This document shows positions 45,926-54,451 of a stretch of DNA of 64,000 nucleotides, in pieces. This DNA is from Bacteroidaceae bacterium. Lineage in GTDB: Bacteria; Bacteroidota; Bacteroidia; Bacteroidales; Bacteroidaceae. A program made the position numbers and the translations under genes. The notes beneath the pieces were generated by a model. That model had not been told where the DNA came from and ran no database searches. It was given only the letters and a program-made list of their open reading frames with translations. The DNA is taken from the NCBI GenBank assembly GCA_045616065.1, contig JAZLFZ010000076.1, positions 20,216-84,215 on the forward strand, written 5' to 3'. Numbering within the stretch: position 1 is the first letter of the stretch; each line of letters starts with the position of its first letter.

Positions 45926-45933
45926 TAAATTTG
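45926..45933 (+). promoter_or_regulatory. -7 box TAAATTTG for the AKR-to-uxaA operon
   Basis: It lies 37 nt upstream of the ATG at 45970, inside the ORF-track N-terminal extension, and supports the shorter start. Confidence 0.5.
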
Positions 45934-45969
45934 CATGTAAATTGTAAAATCAACAAAAACGGAACAGTC

Positions 45970-46917
45970 ATGGAATACAGAGATCTGGGCAAGACGGGAC
46001 TTCGAATCTCTAACATCAGCTTCGGTGCGTCGTCGCTGGGCAGTGTTTTTCGCGCTACGCGTGAGGAGGAATCGGTCGAGGCTGTGTTTGCGGCCATCGA
46101 GGGTGGAATAAACTTTATCGACGTGAGTCCCTACTATGGTCATTACAAGGCCGAGACGGTGTTGGGCAAGGCCCTCCGACAGCTGCCTCGTGACAAGTAC
46201 TACCTCTCAACCAAGGTGGGACGCTACGGCAAGGATGGCGTCAACACATGGGACTACAGCGGCCAGCGCGCAACGGAATCGGTCAGCGAGAGCATGGAGC
46301 GACTGGGTGTCGACTACATCGACATTATCAATGTGCATGACATCGAGTTTCAGGCTGCTCTGCCAGGCGGGCTGCAGAAGGTGGTGGACGAGACCCTGCC
46401 TGCACTGGTGGAACTGAAGAAGAAGGGGCTGGTAGGTCACGTGGGCATCACCGACCTGCAGCTGAAGAACCTCAAGTGGGTCATTGACCATAGCGAACCG
46501 GGCACCGTGGAGAGTGTGCTGAATTTCTGCCATTATTGTCTGAACGATGACGAACTCCTTGACTATCTGGACTATTTTGAGGAACGTGGCATCGGCATCA
46601 TCAACGCCTCGCCTCTGAGCATGGGACTGCTGAGTCAGCGTGGTGTGCCCGACTGGCATCCGGCTCCCAAGCCTCTGGTTGAAGCTTGTCGTCAGGCGGC
46701 ATGTTATTGTTCGGAGCAGGGTTGTCCTATCGAGAAGCTGGCCGTGCAGTTCAGTGTCAGTCATCCGCGCATTGCCAGCACGCTCTTCAGCAGTGCCAAT
46801 CCCGAAAACGTGAAGCGTAATATCCAGTGGGCCAACGAATCTCCTGACCCCGCGCTTGTGCAAAAAGTGCAGGAACTCATTGGCGACCAGAAGCGTGTCA
46901 GCTGGGCAAACTCATAA
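45970..46917 (+). CDS. Aldo/keto reductase (candidate L-galactose/L-fucose-type sugar 1-dehydrogenase)
   Basis: Start moved to MEYRDLGKTGLRISNISFGASSLG. It has the AKR fold pattern (INFIDVSPYYG...). Confidence 0.85.
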   Translation: MEYRDLGKTGLRISNISFGASSLGSVFRATREEESVEAVFAAIEGGINFIDVSPYYGHYKAETVLGKALRQLPRDKYYLSTKVGRYGKDGVNTWDYSGQRATESVSESMERLGVDYIDIINVHDIEFQAALPGGLQKVVDETLPALVELKKKGLVGHVGITDLQLKNLKWVIDHSEPGTVESVLNFCHYCLNDDELLDYLDYFEERGIGIINASPLSMGLLSQRGVPDWHPAPKPLVEACRQAACYCSEQGCPIEKLAVQFSVSHPRIASTLFSSANPENVKRNIQWANESPDPALVQKVQELIGDQKRVSWANS

Positions 46918-46926
46918 CAGGACACT

Positions 46927-47820
46927 ATGAACTATATTATTGATGCACATAGTCACCTGTGGCTAAGGCAGGACGCCATGGTGGACGGACTGGCCGTCAG
47001 GACAAGGGAGGGGAACGGGTCGCGCTCCCTCTTCCTGGGCGAAGAGCGACAGATGCTGCCCCCCTTCATGATTGACGGGCGTAATACAGCCGAGGTCTTT
47101 CTCTCCAATATGGACTATGCTCAGGTCAGTGCGGCTGTGGTGGTACAGGAAGTCATTGACGGCAATCAGAATGCCTATCTGACTGAGGTGCAGCAGCGAT
47201 ATCCTCATCGTTTCTGCTGCATGGGCATGGCCAATACGCTCGAGGAGGCTGTGGCCGTCAAGGAAGCCGGGCTAAAAGGCATTGCCATCCCGGGCCATCG
47301 TCTTAAGGAGTCGCTCCTGACGTGGATGCCCATGTTCCAGTACATGGAACGGGAGGGCTTGATCTTGTCCATGTGCCTGGGCGAGGACCCAAGGCAGATT
47401 GCCGAGATGGCCGAGGTCATACAGCAGTGTCCACGCCTGAAGGTGGCCATCGGACACTTTGGCATGGTGACTACGCCCATTTGGGAGAGCCAGGTGCGTC
47501 TGGCCAACGAGGGTGCTAATGTAATGGTTGAATCGGGCGGTATTACTTGGCTGTACAACAGCGAGTTCTATCCTTATCCATCTGCTATCCGTAGCATCCG
47601 CGAAGCGGCCGACATGGTGGGGTGGGACAAGTTGATGTGGGGCAGTGACTATCCTCGCACCATCACCGCCATCACCTATAGGATGAGTTACGACTTCGTA
47701 CTGAAATCCCCTGAGCTGACGGACGAGCAGAAGGCACTCTTCCTGGGGCAGAATGCGGTAGCGTTCTATGGGTTCAGGGACTTGGTCGATCTGCCCTACA
47801 TTAAGAATATGTCTGAATAA
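46927..47820 (+). CDS. Amidohydrolase-2 family protein (candidate sugar 1,5-lactonase)
   Basis: 297 aa. The N-terminal metal-ligand motif is IIDAHSHLW and the C-terminal motif is MWGSDYPR, typical of the cog3618 lactonase group. Confidence 0.85.
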   Translation: MNYIIDAHSHLWLRQDAMVDGLAVRTREGNGSRSLFLGEERQMLPPFMIDGRNTAEVFLSNMDYAQVSAAVVVQEVIDGNQNAYLTEVQQRYPHRFCCMGMANTLEEAVAVKEAGLKGIAIPGHRLKESLLTWMPMFQYMEREGLILSMCLGEDPRQIAEMAEVIQQCPRLKVAIGHFGMVTTPIWESQVRLANEGANVMVESGGITWLYNSEFYPYPSAIRSIREAADMVGWDKLMWGSDYPRTITAITYRMSYDFVLKSPELTDEQKALFLGQNAVAFYGFRDLVDLPYIKNMSE

Positions 47821-47847
47821 CAATACAAACTTTGCAAAAAAGAGAAA

Positions 47848-48870
47848 ATGAAAGCAATACAGATCAAGGGACTCCAGCAGATAGGAGTCGTAGAGATAGA
47901 AAACGCTCCTCAGCCCAAGGCCGACGAGGTGCTTATCCGCCTGCAGTACGTAGGCTTCTGTGGCAGCGACCTCAATACGTTCCTGGGCCGTAATGGCATG
48001 GCAAAGGAGAATGTCATACCCGGTCACGAGGTGGGTGCCGTCATCGAGGCTGTGGGCGACAACGTGCCCGGTACGCTGAGGGCTGGCATGCAGGTCACCG
48101 TCAATCCCTATACCAACTGCGGACATTGTGCCTCGTGTCGAAACGGACGTGTCAATGCGTGCCAGCACAACGAGACATTGGGCGTGCAGCGCGACGGTGC
48201 CATGCGCGAACTGATGATTCTGCCTTGGCAGAAGATTATCCCAGCCGAAGGACTTGCTCCCAAGACCTGCGCCCTCATCGAACCCATGAGCGTGGGATTC
48301 CATGCCGTCGATCGTGCCCAGGTCTGTGATATTGACACCGTAATGGTCATCGGCTGCGGTATGGTGGGACTGGGTGCCATCGTACGGGCCGTCCTGCGTG
48401 GTGCTACGGTTATTGCCGCCGACCTCGACGACGAGAAGCTGGCGCTGGCCAGACGGTTGGGTGCGCAATATGCCGTCAATACCAAGACGGAGAATGTGCA
48501 CGACCGATTGGCTGAACTGACGGGCGGATTGGGGCCCGATGTCATTGTGGAGGCCGTTGGAAGTGTTCCTACATACCAGCTGGCTGTCAACGAGGTGGCC
48601 TTCACCGGACGTATAGCCTGCATCGGCTATGCCAAGGCTGATGCTGAACTGCCCACACGTCTCTTCGTGCAGAAGGAGCTTGACGTGAGGGGTAGCCGCA
48701 ATGCCATGCCGAGTGACTTCCGGGCTGTTATCCAGTACCTGCAGCGTGGCACGTGTCCTGTCGACGAACTCATCAGCCGCGTCGTCAAGCCCGAGGAGAG
48801 CCAGGCTACCATGGAATACTGGATGCAGCATCCCGGCAAGGTGTTCCGTATACTTGTCGACATGATGTAA
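47848..48870 (+). CDS. Zn-dependent medium-chain dehydrogenase (candidate L-galactonate 5-dehydrogenase)
   Basis: 340 aa with GHEVGAV, structural-zinc CGHCASCRNGRVNAC and Rossmann VIGCGMVGLG. Confidence 0.88.
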   Translation: MKAIQIKGLQQIGVVEIENAPQPKADEVLIRLQYVGFCGSDLNTFLGRNGMAKENVIPGHEVGAVIEAVGDNVPGTLRAGMQVTVNPYTNCGHCASCRNGRVNACQHNETLGVQRDGAMRELMILPWQKIIPAEGLAPKTCALIEPMSVGFHAVDRAQVCDIDTVMVIGCGMVGLGAIVRAVLRGATVIAADLDDEKLALARRLGAQYAVNTKTENVHDRLAELTGGLGPDVIVEAVGSVPTYQLAVNEVAFTGRIACIGYAKADAELPTRLFVQKELDVRGSRNAMPSDFRAVIQYLQRGTCPVDELISRVVKPEESQATMEYWMQHPGKVFRILVDMM

Positions 48871-48911
48871 TACTTGCAAACTAACTGCCTAATATATTAA
48901 TTTCAAGAGAA

Positions 48912-50144
48912 ATGGAAAATGTAAAGATTCTGCAGTTCGGTGAAGGTAACTTCCTTCGTGCATTCATCGACTGGATGATGGAAGAGAATACCGTGATGGT
49001 TGTCAAGCCTAGACCTGGCAAGGGACTGGAGCGTCTGCTCAGTATCAACTGTCGTTACAAGGTGGCCCTCCAGGGATTGCTCGACGGCAGGGAGATAGAT
49101 AGCATCGAGGAGGTAAAGAGCCTTGCAGGTGCCATCAATCCTTACGAGCAGCATGATGCTTTTCTGGCATTGGCCGAGTTGCCGTCCTTGCGTTTCGTGG
49201 TGAGCAATACGACCGAGGCTGGCATTGTGTTTGACGAGACGTGTCGGCTGAACGGTGCACCTGCCTTGTCCTATCCCGGCAAACTGACCCAGTTGCTCTA
49301 TCATCGTTGGCAGCACTTCGAGGGCGATGTTTCCAAGGGGCTTGTCGTCCTGCCCTGCGAACTTATCTTCCACAATGCCCGCGAACTTCGTCGTTGTGTG
49401 GACAAGTATGTAGAGCTGTGGCAGCTTGATGCTGCTTTTGCGAAGTGGCTCAACGAGGCTTGCCTCTTCTGCAACACGCTTGTCGATCGCATCGTACCCG
49501 GTGGCGAAGACTATGCTGTGGTGAAAGCCGAGCCGTACCATCTGTGGGTAATAGAAGGCCCTGAAAGTCTGCGTAATGAGTTGCCTCTCCGCAAGCAAGA
49601 CTTCAACATCGTCTTTACCGACAACGAACAGCCCTATCACCAGCGCAAGGTTACCATGCTCAATGGGCCTCATACGGCTCTCTCTGCCGTCGGACACCTG
49701 GCTGGCCTGGAGACCGTACGCGATTGTATGCTCGACGAGCAGATCTCTAAATATATTAATAAGGTGATGCTCGACGAACTGCTTCCCACCGTCGACCTGC
49801 CTCGCGAGGAGATGGAGGCCTTTGCATCCGACGTGCGCTACCGTTTCTTGAATCCCTTTGTGCGTCACATGCTGACAAGCATCATGCTCAATAACCTGTC
49901 CAAGTATCGTACGCGCGACTTACCGGCTCTCAGGTGGCACGTCGCGAACCGTGGTGAGTTGCCCCATGCTCTCACGATTGGTCTGGCCGCCAATCTGCTC
50001 TGTGCTGATGTCGCCGACATCAGGGGTTGCCTTAGCGATGCTGCACTCTGGGGTGAAGACCTCACTCTGATTCCCGGCCTGCTCGAGGCTGTGACGGAGC
50101 ATGCAGAGGCCATCAAGGCTGACGGCATGCGAAGCTTGCTGTAA
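48912..50144 (+). CDS. uxaB: Tagaturonate reductase (altronate oxidoreductase), compact form
   Basis: 410 aa. ILQFGEGNFLRAFIDWM, VVSNTTEAGI, FCNTLVDRIVPG and RKVTMLNGPHTA align by eye with E. coli UxaB, with shorter loops. Confidence 0.85.
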   Translation: MENVKILQFGEGNFLRAFIDWMMEENTVMVVKPRPGKGLERLLSINCRYKVALQGLLDGREIDSIEEVKSLAGAINPYEQHDAFLALAELPSLRFVVSNTTEAGIVFDETCRLNGAPALSYPGKLTQLLYHRWQHFEGDVSKGLVVLPCELIFHNARELRRCVDKYVELWQLDAAFAKWLNEACLFCNTLVDRIVPGGEDYAVVKAEPYHLWVIEGPESLRNELPLRKQDFNIVFTDNEQPYHQRKVTMLNGPHTALSAVGHLAGLETVRDCMLDEQISKYINKVMLDELLPTVDLPREEMEAFASDVRYRFLNPFVRHMLTSIMLNNLSKYRTRDLPALRWHVANRGELPHALTIGLAANLLCADVADIRGCLSDAALWGEDLTLIPGLLEAVTEHAEAIKADGMRSLL

Positions 50145-50199
50145 GTCGCTGTTTCGTCGTTTGTAATCTTATGTTTATAATACATTATCAACTTCTGTT

Positions 50200-51645
50200 A
50201 TGTCTTGCATCCAACTAAATCCCAACGATAATGTCGAGGTGCTCTTGCAGCCGCAGGACGGGATATCTGCTGGCCACAAGAAGGCCCTATGCGACATCAA
50301 GCGCGGAGAGAATGTCATAAAGTATGGCTTCCCCATTGGTCATGCCACTTGTGACATTGCCAAGGGCGAATGGGTTCATTCCCACAACCTTGCCACCAAT
50401 CTTGAGGGTACGCTTGCTTACAGATGGAGAGGCGATAAGGCTTCGTCGATTACTGAGCCTGCCGCTCGCGTCGTATCTTCTCTCTCGTCGGCTGTCACGA
50501 CCTTCAGGGGGTATGAACGTGAAGATGGTAGAGTCGGTGTCCGGAACGAACTGTGGATTGTGCCAACAGTAGGTTGTGTGGCCGACTTGGCCTCTCGACT
50601 GGCTTGTGAGATGCAGTCGCGCACTTCGCTCGCGGTTCGAGCCTTTCCCCACACATTCGGGTGTTCGCAGCTGGGCGAAGACCATGCCAACACCCGACAG
50701 CTGTTAGCCTCGCTGGCTATGCATCCCAATGCGGGTGGCGTGCTGGTGCTTGGCTTGGGATGCGAGAACAACCAGATTGCCGAGCTGAAAACTCTGATAA
50801 CCTCATCGCGCGTACGCTATCTTGTGTCGCAAGAGGTGGAGGACGAGGTTGCCGAGGGCCTTCGCTTATTGCAGGAATTGGCCGCCGTAGCCGAACGGGA
50901 CCAGCGCACCGATCAGCCGTTCAGCCGTCTTTGCATCGGCTTGAAGTGTGGTGGCAGCGACGGATTCTCAGGCATTACCGCCAACCCGTTGCTGGGCCGT
51001 TTCTCTGATCTTGTGACGTCCTTGGGTGGCACGACGATTCTTACGGAGGTGCCCGAGATGTTCGGTGCTGAGACCATCCTGATGGATCGTTGCATCAACC
51101 AGACCATCTTCGACAAGAATGTGCGTCTCATCAACGACTTTAAGGAGTATTACCTCAAGCAGGGATTGCCCGTGGGCGAGAATCCTTCGCCCGGAAACAA
51201 GGAGGGCGGCATCACCACGCTCGAGGATAAATCGCTGGGCTGCATACAGAAGGGCGGTACGAGTGCAGTGACGGATGTCATCGACTATGGACACCGTGTT
51301 CAGACGGCCGGCCTCAACCTGCTTTGTGCTCCCGGCAACGATCTGGTTGCCAGTACCGCCCTTGCCGTGGCAGGCTGCCAGCTGGTGCTTTTCACCACGG
51401 GGCGCGGCACTCCCTTTGGTACCTGTGTGCCTACCGTTAAGGTCAGCACCAACAGCGCGCTGGCACGTCGCAAGCCGCACTGGGTTGACTTTAATGCCGG
51501 CCAACTGGTCGAGGGAAGAACGTTCGACGACGTCCTGCCCGACTTCGTGGCCAAGGTGGTCGACGTGCTCAACGGTTCTGCAACTCACAACGAGAGTCAG
51601 GGCTACAGCAGCATTGCCATCTGGAAAGGTGGTGTCACGCTGTAG
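50200..51645 (+). CDS. uxaA: Altronate dehydratase (UxaA family)
   Basis: 481 aa. The N-terminal SAF-like domain (LNPNDNVEVLL...GHKKAL..IKRGENVIKYGFPIGHA) is followed by the UxaA/GarD C-domain (GLKCGGSDGFSGITANP). Confidence 0.9.
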   Translation: MSCIQLNPNDNVEVLLQPQDGISAGHKKALCDIKRGENVIKYGFPIGHATCDIAKGEWVHSHNLATNLEGTLAYRWRGDKASSITEPAARVVSSLSSAVTTFRGYEREDGRVGVRNELWIVPTVGCVADLASRLACEMQSRTSLAVRAFPHTFGCSQLGEDHANTRQLLASLAMHPNAGGVLVLGLGCENNQIAELKTLITSSRVRYLVSQEVEDEVAEGLRLLQELAAVAERDQRTDQPFSRLCIGLKCGGSDGFSGITANPLLGRFSDLVTSLGGTTILTEVPEMFGAETILMDRCINQTIFDKNVRLINDFKEYYLKQGLPVGENPSPGNKEGGITTLEDKSLGCIQKGGTSAVTDVIDYGHRVQTAGLNLLCAPGNDLVASTALAVAGCQLVLFTTGRGTPFGTCVPTVKVSTNSALARRKPHWVDFNAGQLVEGRTFDDVLPDFVAKVVDVLNGSATHNESQGYSSIAIWKGGVTL

Positions 51646-51976
51646 GGGGCAGTATTCCTCCTCCTTAGCCTGTATTATTCATAGCCTTTGGCGATGATGT
51701 ATAGAAAGCCATACATGGCGAAGGCTACGCATGTGGAACTCGTGGAACTATTGCTTCGCAGATGGAAACTACAGCATCAGGATGCTATAATGACAAAACT
51801 GCGTGGGGAAGTATAGAACTACTACCGCAAATAGGTACAAAAGATTACAGCGACTATCTACTCCAACATGAAGTGATGGTCGCTGTAACTTTAGTGATGA
51901 TTAAAAAATAACTTGGTACAAAATAAGTAGTTACGCCTTTGCATTGTCTTGCTGGCTATTTTGAAACTGTTTCGCT

Positions 51977-52020
51977 ACTTTCGTCCCGTAGGCGAATACT
52001 TTCGTCCCGTAGGCGAAAGT
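51977..52020. repeat. 21-nt tandem direct repeat x2 (actttcgtcccgtaggcgaa), each a small hairpin
   Basis: Copies at 51977-51996 and 51998-52017. The second is followed by agtcac, resembling the reverse complement of 54101-54124. Confidence 0.8.
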
Positions 52021-52153
52021 CACGATGCCCGCATCGCTCTTTTGTCACATTTCCAAAATATCTCAGCAATCCAACACAAAATCGTACCAACTTATTATTT
52101 AATCATCACTTAATGTTGATGGTATTTCGTTAATCTAATTTACTTTATACACA

Positions 52154-52197
52154 GAAAGCCTTCCGAAGATGCTGTCAAGCACCTACGGAAGGCTTTC
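52154..52197. other. 12-bp perfect-stem hairpin in a non-coding region
   Basis: gaaagccttccg (52154-52165) pairs with cggaaggctttc (52186-52197) around a 20-nt loop. There is no clear T-run, and it lies ~150 nt downstream of the Rpn gene stop on the minus strand. Confidence 0.5.
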
Positions 52198-52347
52198 AAA
52201 TTCGTTGTAATAAAAGATGTCAGAGCAGAGCGATGCTCCCCCTGTTTTATTGATTAACAAGGAGCTGCACAAAACAAGCGGATCGATACTGTACACTTTC
52301 ACCATGTTTCTTGTATTATTCTATGTGTTGTTCCGAAAGTGTTAAAG

Positions 52348-53292
52348 TTATTGCTCTATATCTTCAGCCGTTAAGCCAAGAGTCTCGAGGACAGTCTCTG
52401 CCGGGAAGCCTGCAGCAATCATCTTGCGGGCATTTGCAATCTTTTCTTCTGCACGCCCTTCTGCACGCCCTTCTGCACGCCCTTCTGCACGCCCTTCTTC
52501 GCGTCCTTCTGCACGCCCTTCTTCGCGTCCTTCTTCGCGTCCTTCTGCACGCCCTTCTTCGCGCCCTGTTTCAATAACACTACGCTGATAGCGCAGATTC
52601 TCCATCATGCGATAATAGTCGTTCTTTTCCGCTTCGGAGAGTGAGTCGATGCGAAGAATCTCACGTGCCTCTTGGAGTCCAGGTGCTGTTGCGGATACAG
52701 GGATGTCTCCGTCCTTGAGGAAGCTGATCCACTCGTCAAGAGGAGTCGTGGCCACTTCGTCGAACTTGTCAACTCGCAGCAGGTAGTACTCTGGAAATAT
52801 CTCCGATGGCATATTGCAGCCGAAGGCATTGCGCTGGGCGGCTGACAGCTGAAGTACATCCGAAGAGTCGTGCATACTGACAAACTCGGTCTTTCCATGA
52901 TATGCATAGTCTTGACCTTGCCCGAGCGAGAAGTAGACGATATTTATGGAATATACCTTGCGTAACTTTTGGTACGGATCGCCAAGATTCAGGTATTCTG
53001 TCACAACCTTCGATGCACCGTATGCCATACGGTGAAAGTAATCCAACTCACGGTTATTCTGTATTTCGAAGAGCATGAGTTCGCCGTCCTCGTCCTCGGC
53101 AAGAATGTCCACTCGGTTGAACTTGTCGTTGGCATCCTCCTGATTGCTCTCGCTCTCAAGCAGACGCTCAATCTTGATGGTTCTGCCTAAGAGAGAAGTA
53201 AGCAGGCCTTCCAAAACTACAAAGTTGGCTTTGTTGCGCAGCAGGCGTTTGATAGCCCAGTCGAAGCGTACAAGTGTATTGGCTCTTCCCAT
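52348..53292 (-). CDS. Rpn-family recombination-promoting nuclease / putative transposase (PD-(D/E)XK)
   Basis: 314 aa. The nuclease core is RVDILAEDEDGELMLFEIQ. The C-terminus carries 10 x GR(A/E)E repeats, then IANARKMIAAGFPAETVLETLGLTAEDIEQ, as is typical for this family. Confidence 0.85.
   Translation of the reverse strand: MGRANTLVRFDWAIKRLLRNKANFVVLEGLLTSLLGRTIKIERLLESESNQEDANDKFNRVDILAEDEDGELMLFEIQNNRELDYFHRMAYGASKVVTEYLNLGDPYQKLRKVYSINIVYFSLGQGQDYAYHGKTEFVSMHDSSDVLQLSAAQRNAFGCNMPSEIFPEYYLLRVDKFDEVATTPLDEWISFLKDGDIPVSATAPGLQEAREILRIDSLSEAEKNDYYRMMENLRYQRSVIETGREEGRAEGREEGREEGRAEGREEGRAEGRAEGRAEGRAEEKIANARKMIAAGFPAETVLETLGLTAEDIEQ
52447..52566 (-). repeat. 12-nt tandem coding repeat x10 (plus-strand units ttctgcacgccc / ttcttcgcgtcc)
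   Basis: Encodes GREEGRAEGREEGREEGRAEGREEGRAEGRAEGRAEGRAE. Confidence 0.95.
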
Positions 53293-53544
53293 AATGATTT
53301 TATCTTTGATAGATATAATATGTGCGCAAATGTATAAGTTTTATTTGAAATAACCAAATGATTTGGATATAATCTCACCTAAAAGCAGAATTTTAGCGTC
53401 AGATGCGTGTAATACAGACATAATTCCTTACTCGTTTTTAGTGCTTAGCGGAGAGGCTACGGCAGCTTCAACGGAAAGCCACACCTGCGTAAAATGCTGT
53501 CTTATATACTGCACACATTCTGCAGAATCATACGCTCCCAAAAT

Positions 53545-53915
53545 TTACTTTCAGCCTTCAGTTTCGTGTTATAAGTGTCAGATTGACACGATGATAAATG
53601 ACTGAAAGTGAAGCCTTACTTCTTTCAGTTACTTTCAGCTGTTCCTTCAACCCATCTTATCGTAGTAATATGTTCCCATCCTGTTACCTCAGCATCTCGC
53701 GAAGCTGATGGACGCCTGTTAGCAGAACTGAATGCTGACTGGGGCAGAGCTGAATGCTGCTTGATGGAAAACTATTGGCTGGCTGTAGGTGAGCCGAAAG
53801 TAGGCTGAATAGAGCTGAATGTAGGCTGAAAGTAAACTGAAAGTAAATCCATGCTTTAACGCGCTAATATACAGCTGAGTATAAAGATTGGCTGAAGGGT
53901 GAAGGTGAAATTGAA
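53545..53915. repeat. Block of CTGAA(A/T)G / CTTTCAG short repeats phased at 10-11 and 22 nt
   Basis: ctgaa starts at 53805, 53815, 53826 and 53837 (with ccgaa at 53794). ctgaatgctg occurs at 53728 and 53750. The block shares segments with 25515-25624. Confidence 0.8.
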
Positions 53916-53964
53916 TAATTCTTTTCATTTCATGCTGTTTCTCACTCTGGATACACCGGATTCT

Positions 53965-54045
53965 GCAACGCTACGTTACGGAATTTGCTACGCTACATCT
54001 TTATTTTTTTCTTGCAGCAGAAAAAAATAACTGTCGCAGCGCTTT
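53965..54045. repeat. Array C: four degenerate palindromic cores at an exact 22-bp phase (inverted relative to array A)
   Basis: Core centres lie at 53972, 53994, 54016 and 54038: gcaacgctacgttac, gctacgctacatctt, ttcttgcagcagaaa, ctgtcgcagcgcttt. The segment 53961-54030 aligns by eye with the reverse complement of 25350-25410. Confidence 0.7.
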
Positions 54046-54081
54046 AAATATGACTTAGCGAAGACATTTTTTTGGCACACG

Positions 54082-54144
54082 GTTGTCATTCTGAACGAAT
54101 GTGACTTTTGCCCGTCGGCAAAAGCTCTTCGTCAGGATGACAAC
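54082..54144. repeat. Nested long hairpin (outer arms gttgtcattctgaacgaa / cttcgtcaggatgacaac, inner cttttgcc-cgtc-ggcaaaag)
   Basis: The arms were checked base by base. The outer stem has 16 paired positions with one mismatch and one bulge, and the inner stem is a perfect 8 bp. The preceding ttggcacacggttgtcat recurs at 43572-43589 as ttggcacacggttgccat. Confidence 0.7.
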
Positions 54145-54264
54145 TATTTGTGCCTAATTGTATATTATCTCCTTTATTTAAGTTTCTAAGCCCTTTTGTT
54201 GCTAAATTAGTCTGTTGATGAAAGAAAAGCAGCGGAAAATGTGGGCTTTCTCAGATTTTATTTG

Positions 54265-54272
54265 TAACTTTG
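54265..54272 (+). promoter_or_regulatory. -7 box TAACTTTG for the nucleotidyltransferase/kinase pair
   Basis: It lies 180 nt upstream of the ATG at 54452. The following cttgtcttgctg resembles cattgtcttgctg at 51944-51955. Confidence 0.35.
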
Positions 54273-54451
54273 CCTTGTCTTGCTGCGTTTCCCGGGCAGT
54301 CTTCTAATCGCAACGCGTAGATGGACGGAGAAGCTGGCAGGACGTAATGTGGGGGCGCATGGTTTTGTCGTCTGTAGTGCATGGACGCTTGTGGCTCCTC
54401 TACCTAACTAATTTTATAGTAAATCAAAACGGGTTGCGGTATCAGAAGAAG

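Noticed and set aside
52348-53292. Calling the Rpn gene plus flanks a mobile element/IS
   Set aside because: I could find no terminal inverted repeats, target-site duplication or DDE/serine/tyrosine recombinase. Rpn family genes are usually chromosomal singletons, so it is kept as a CDS with a note.
53363-53928. Track ORFs 53363-53605 (+), 53608-53808 (+) and 53719-53928 (-)
   Set aside because: They run through the CTGAA/CTTTCAG repeat block, have no promoter box or family motif, and their sequences are repeat-driven (for example LSAVPSTHLIVV). They are treated as non-coding.
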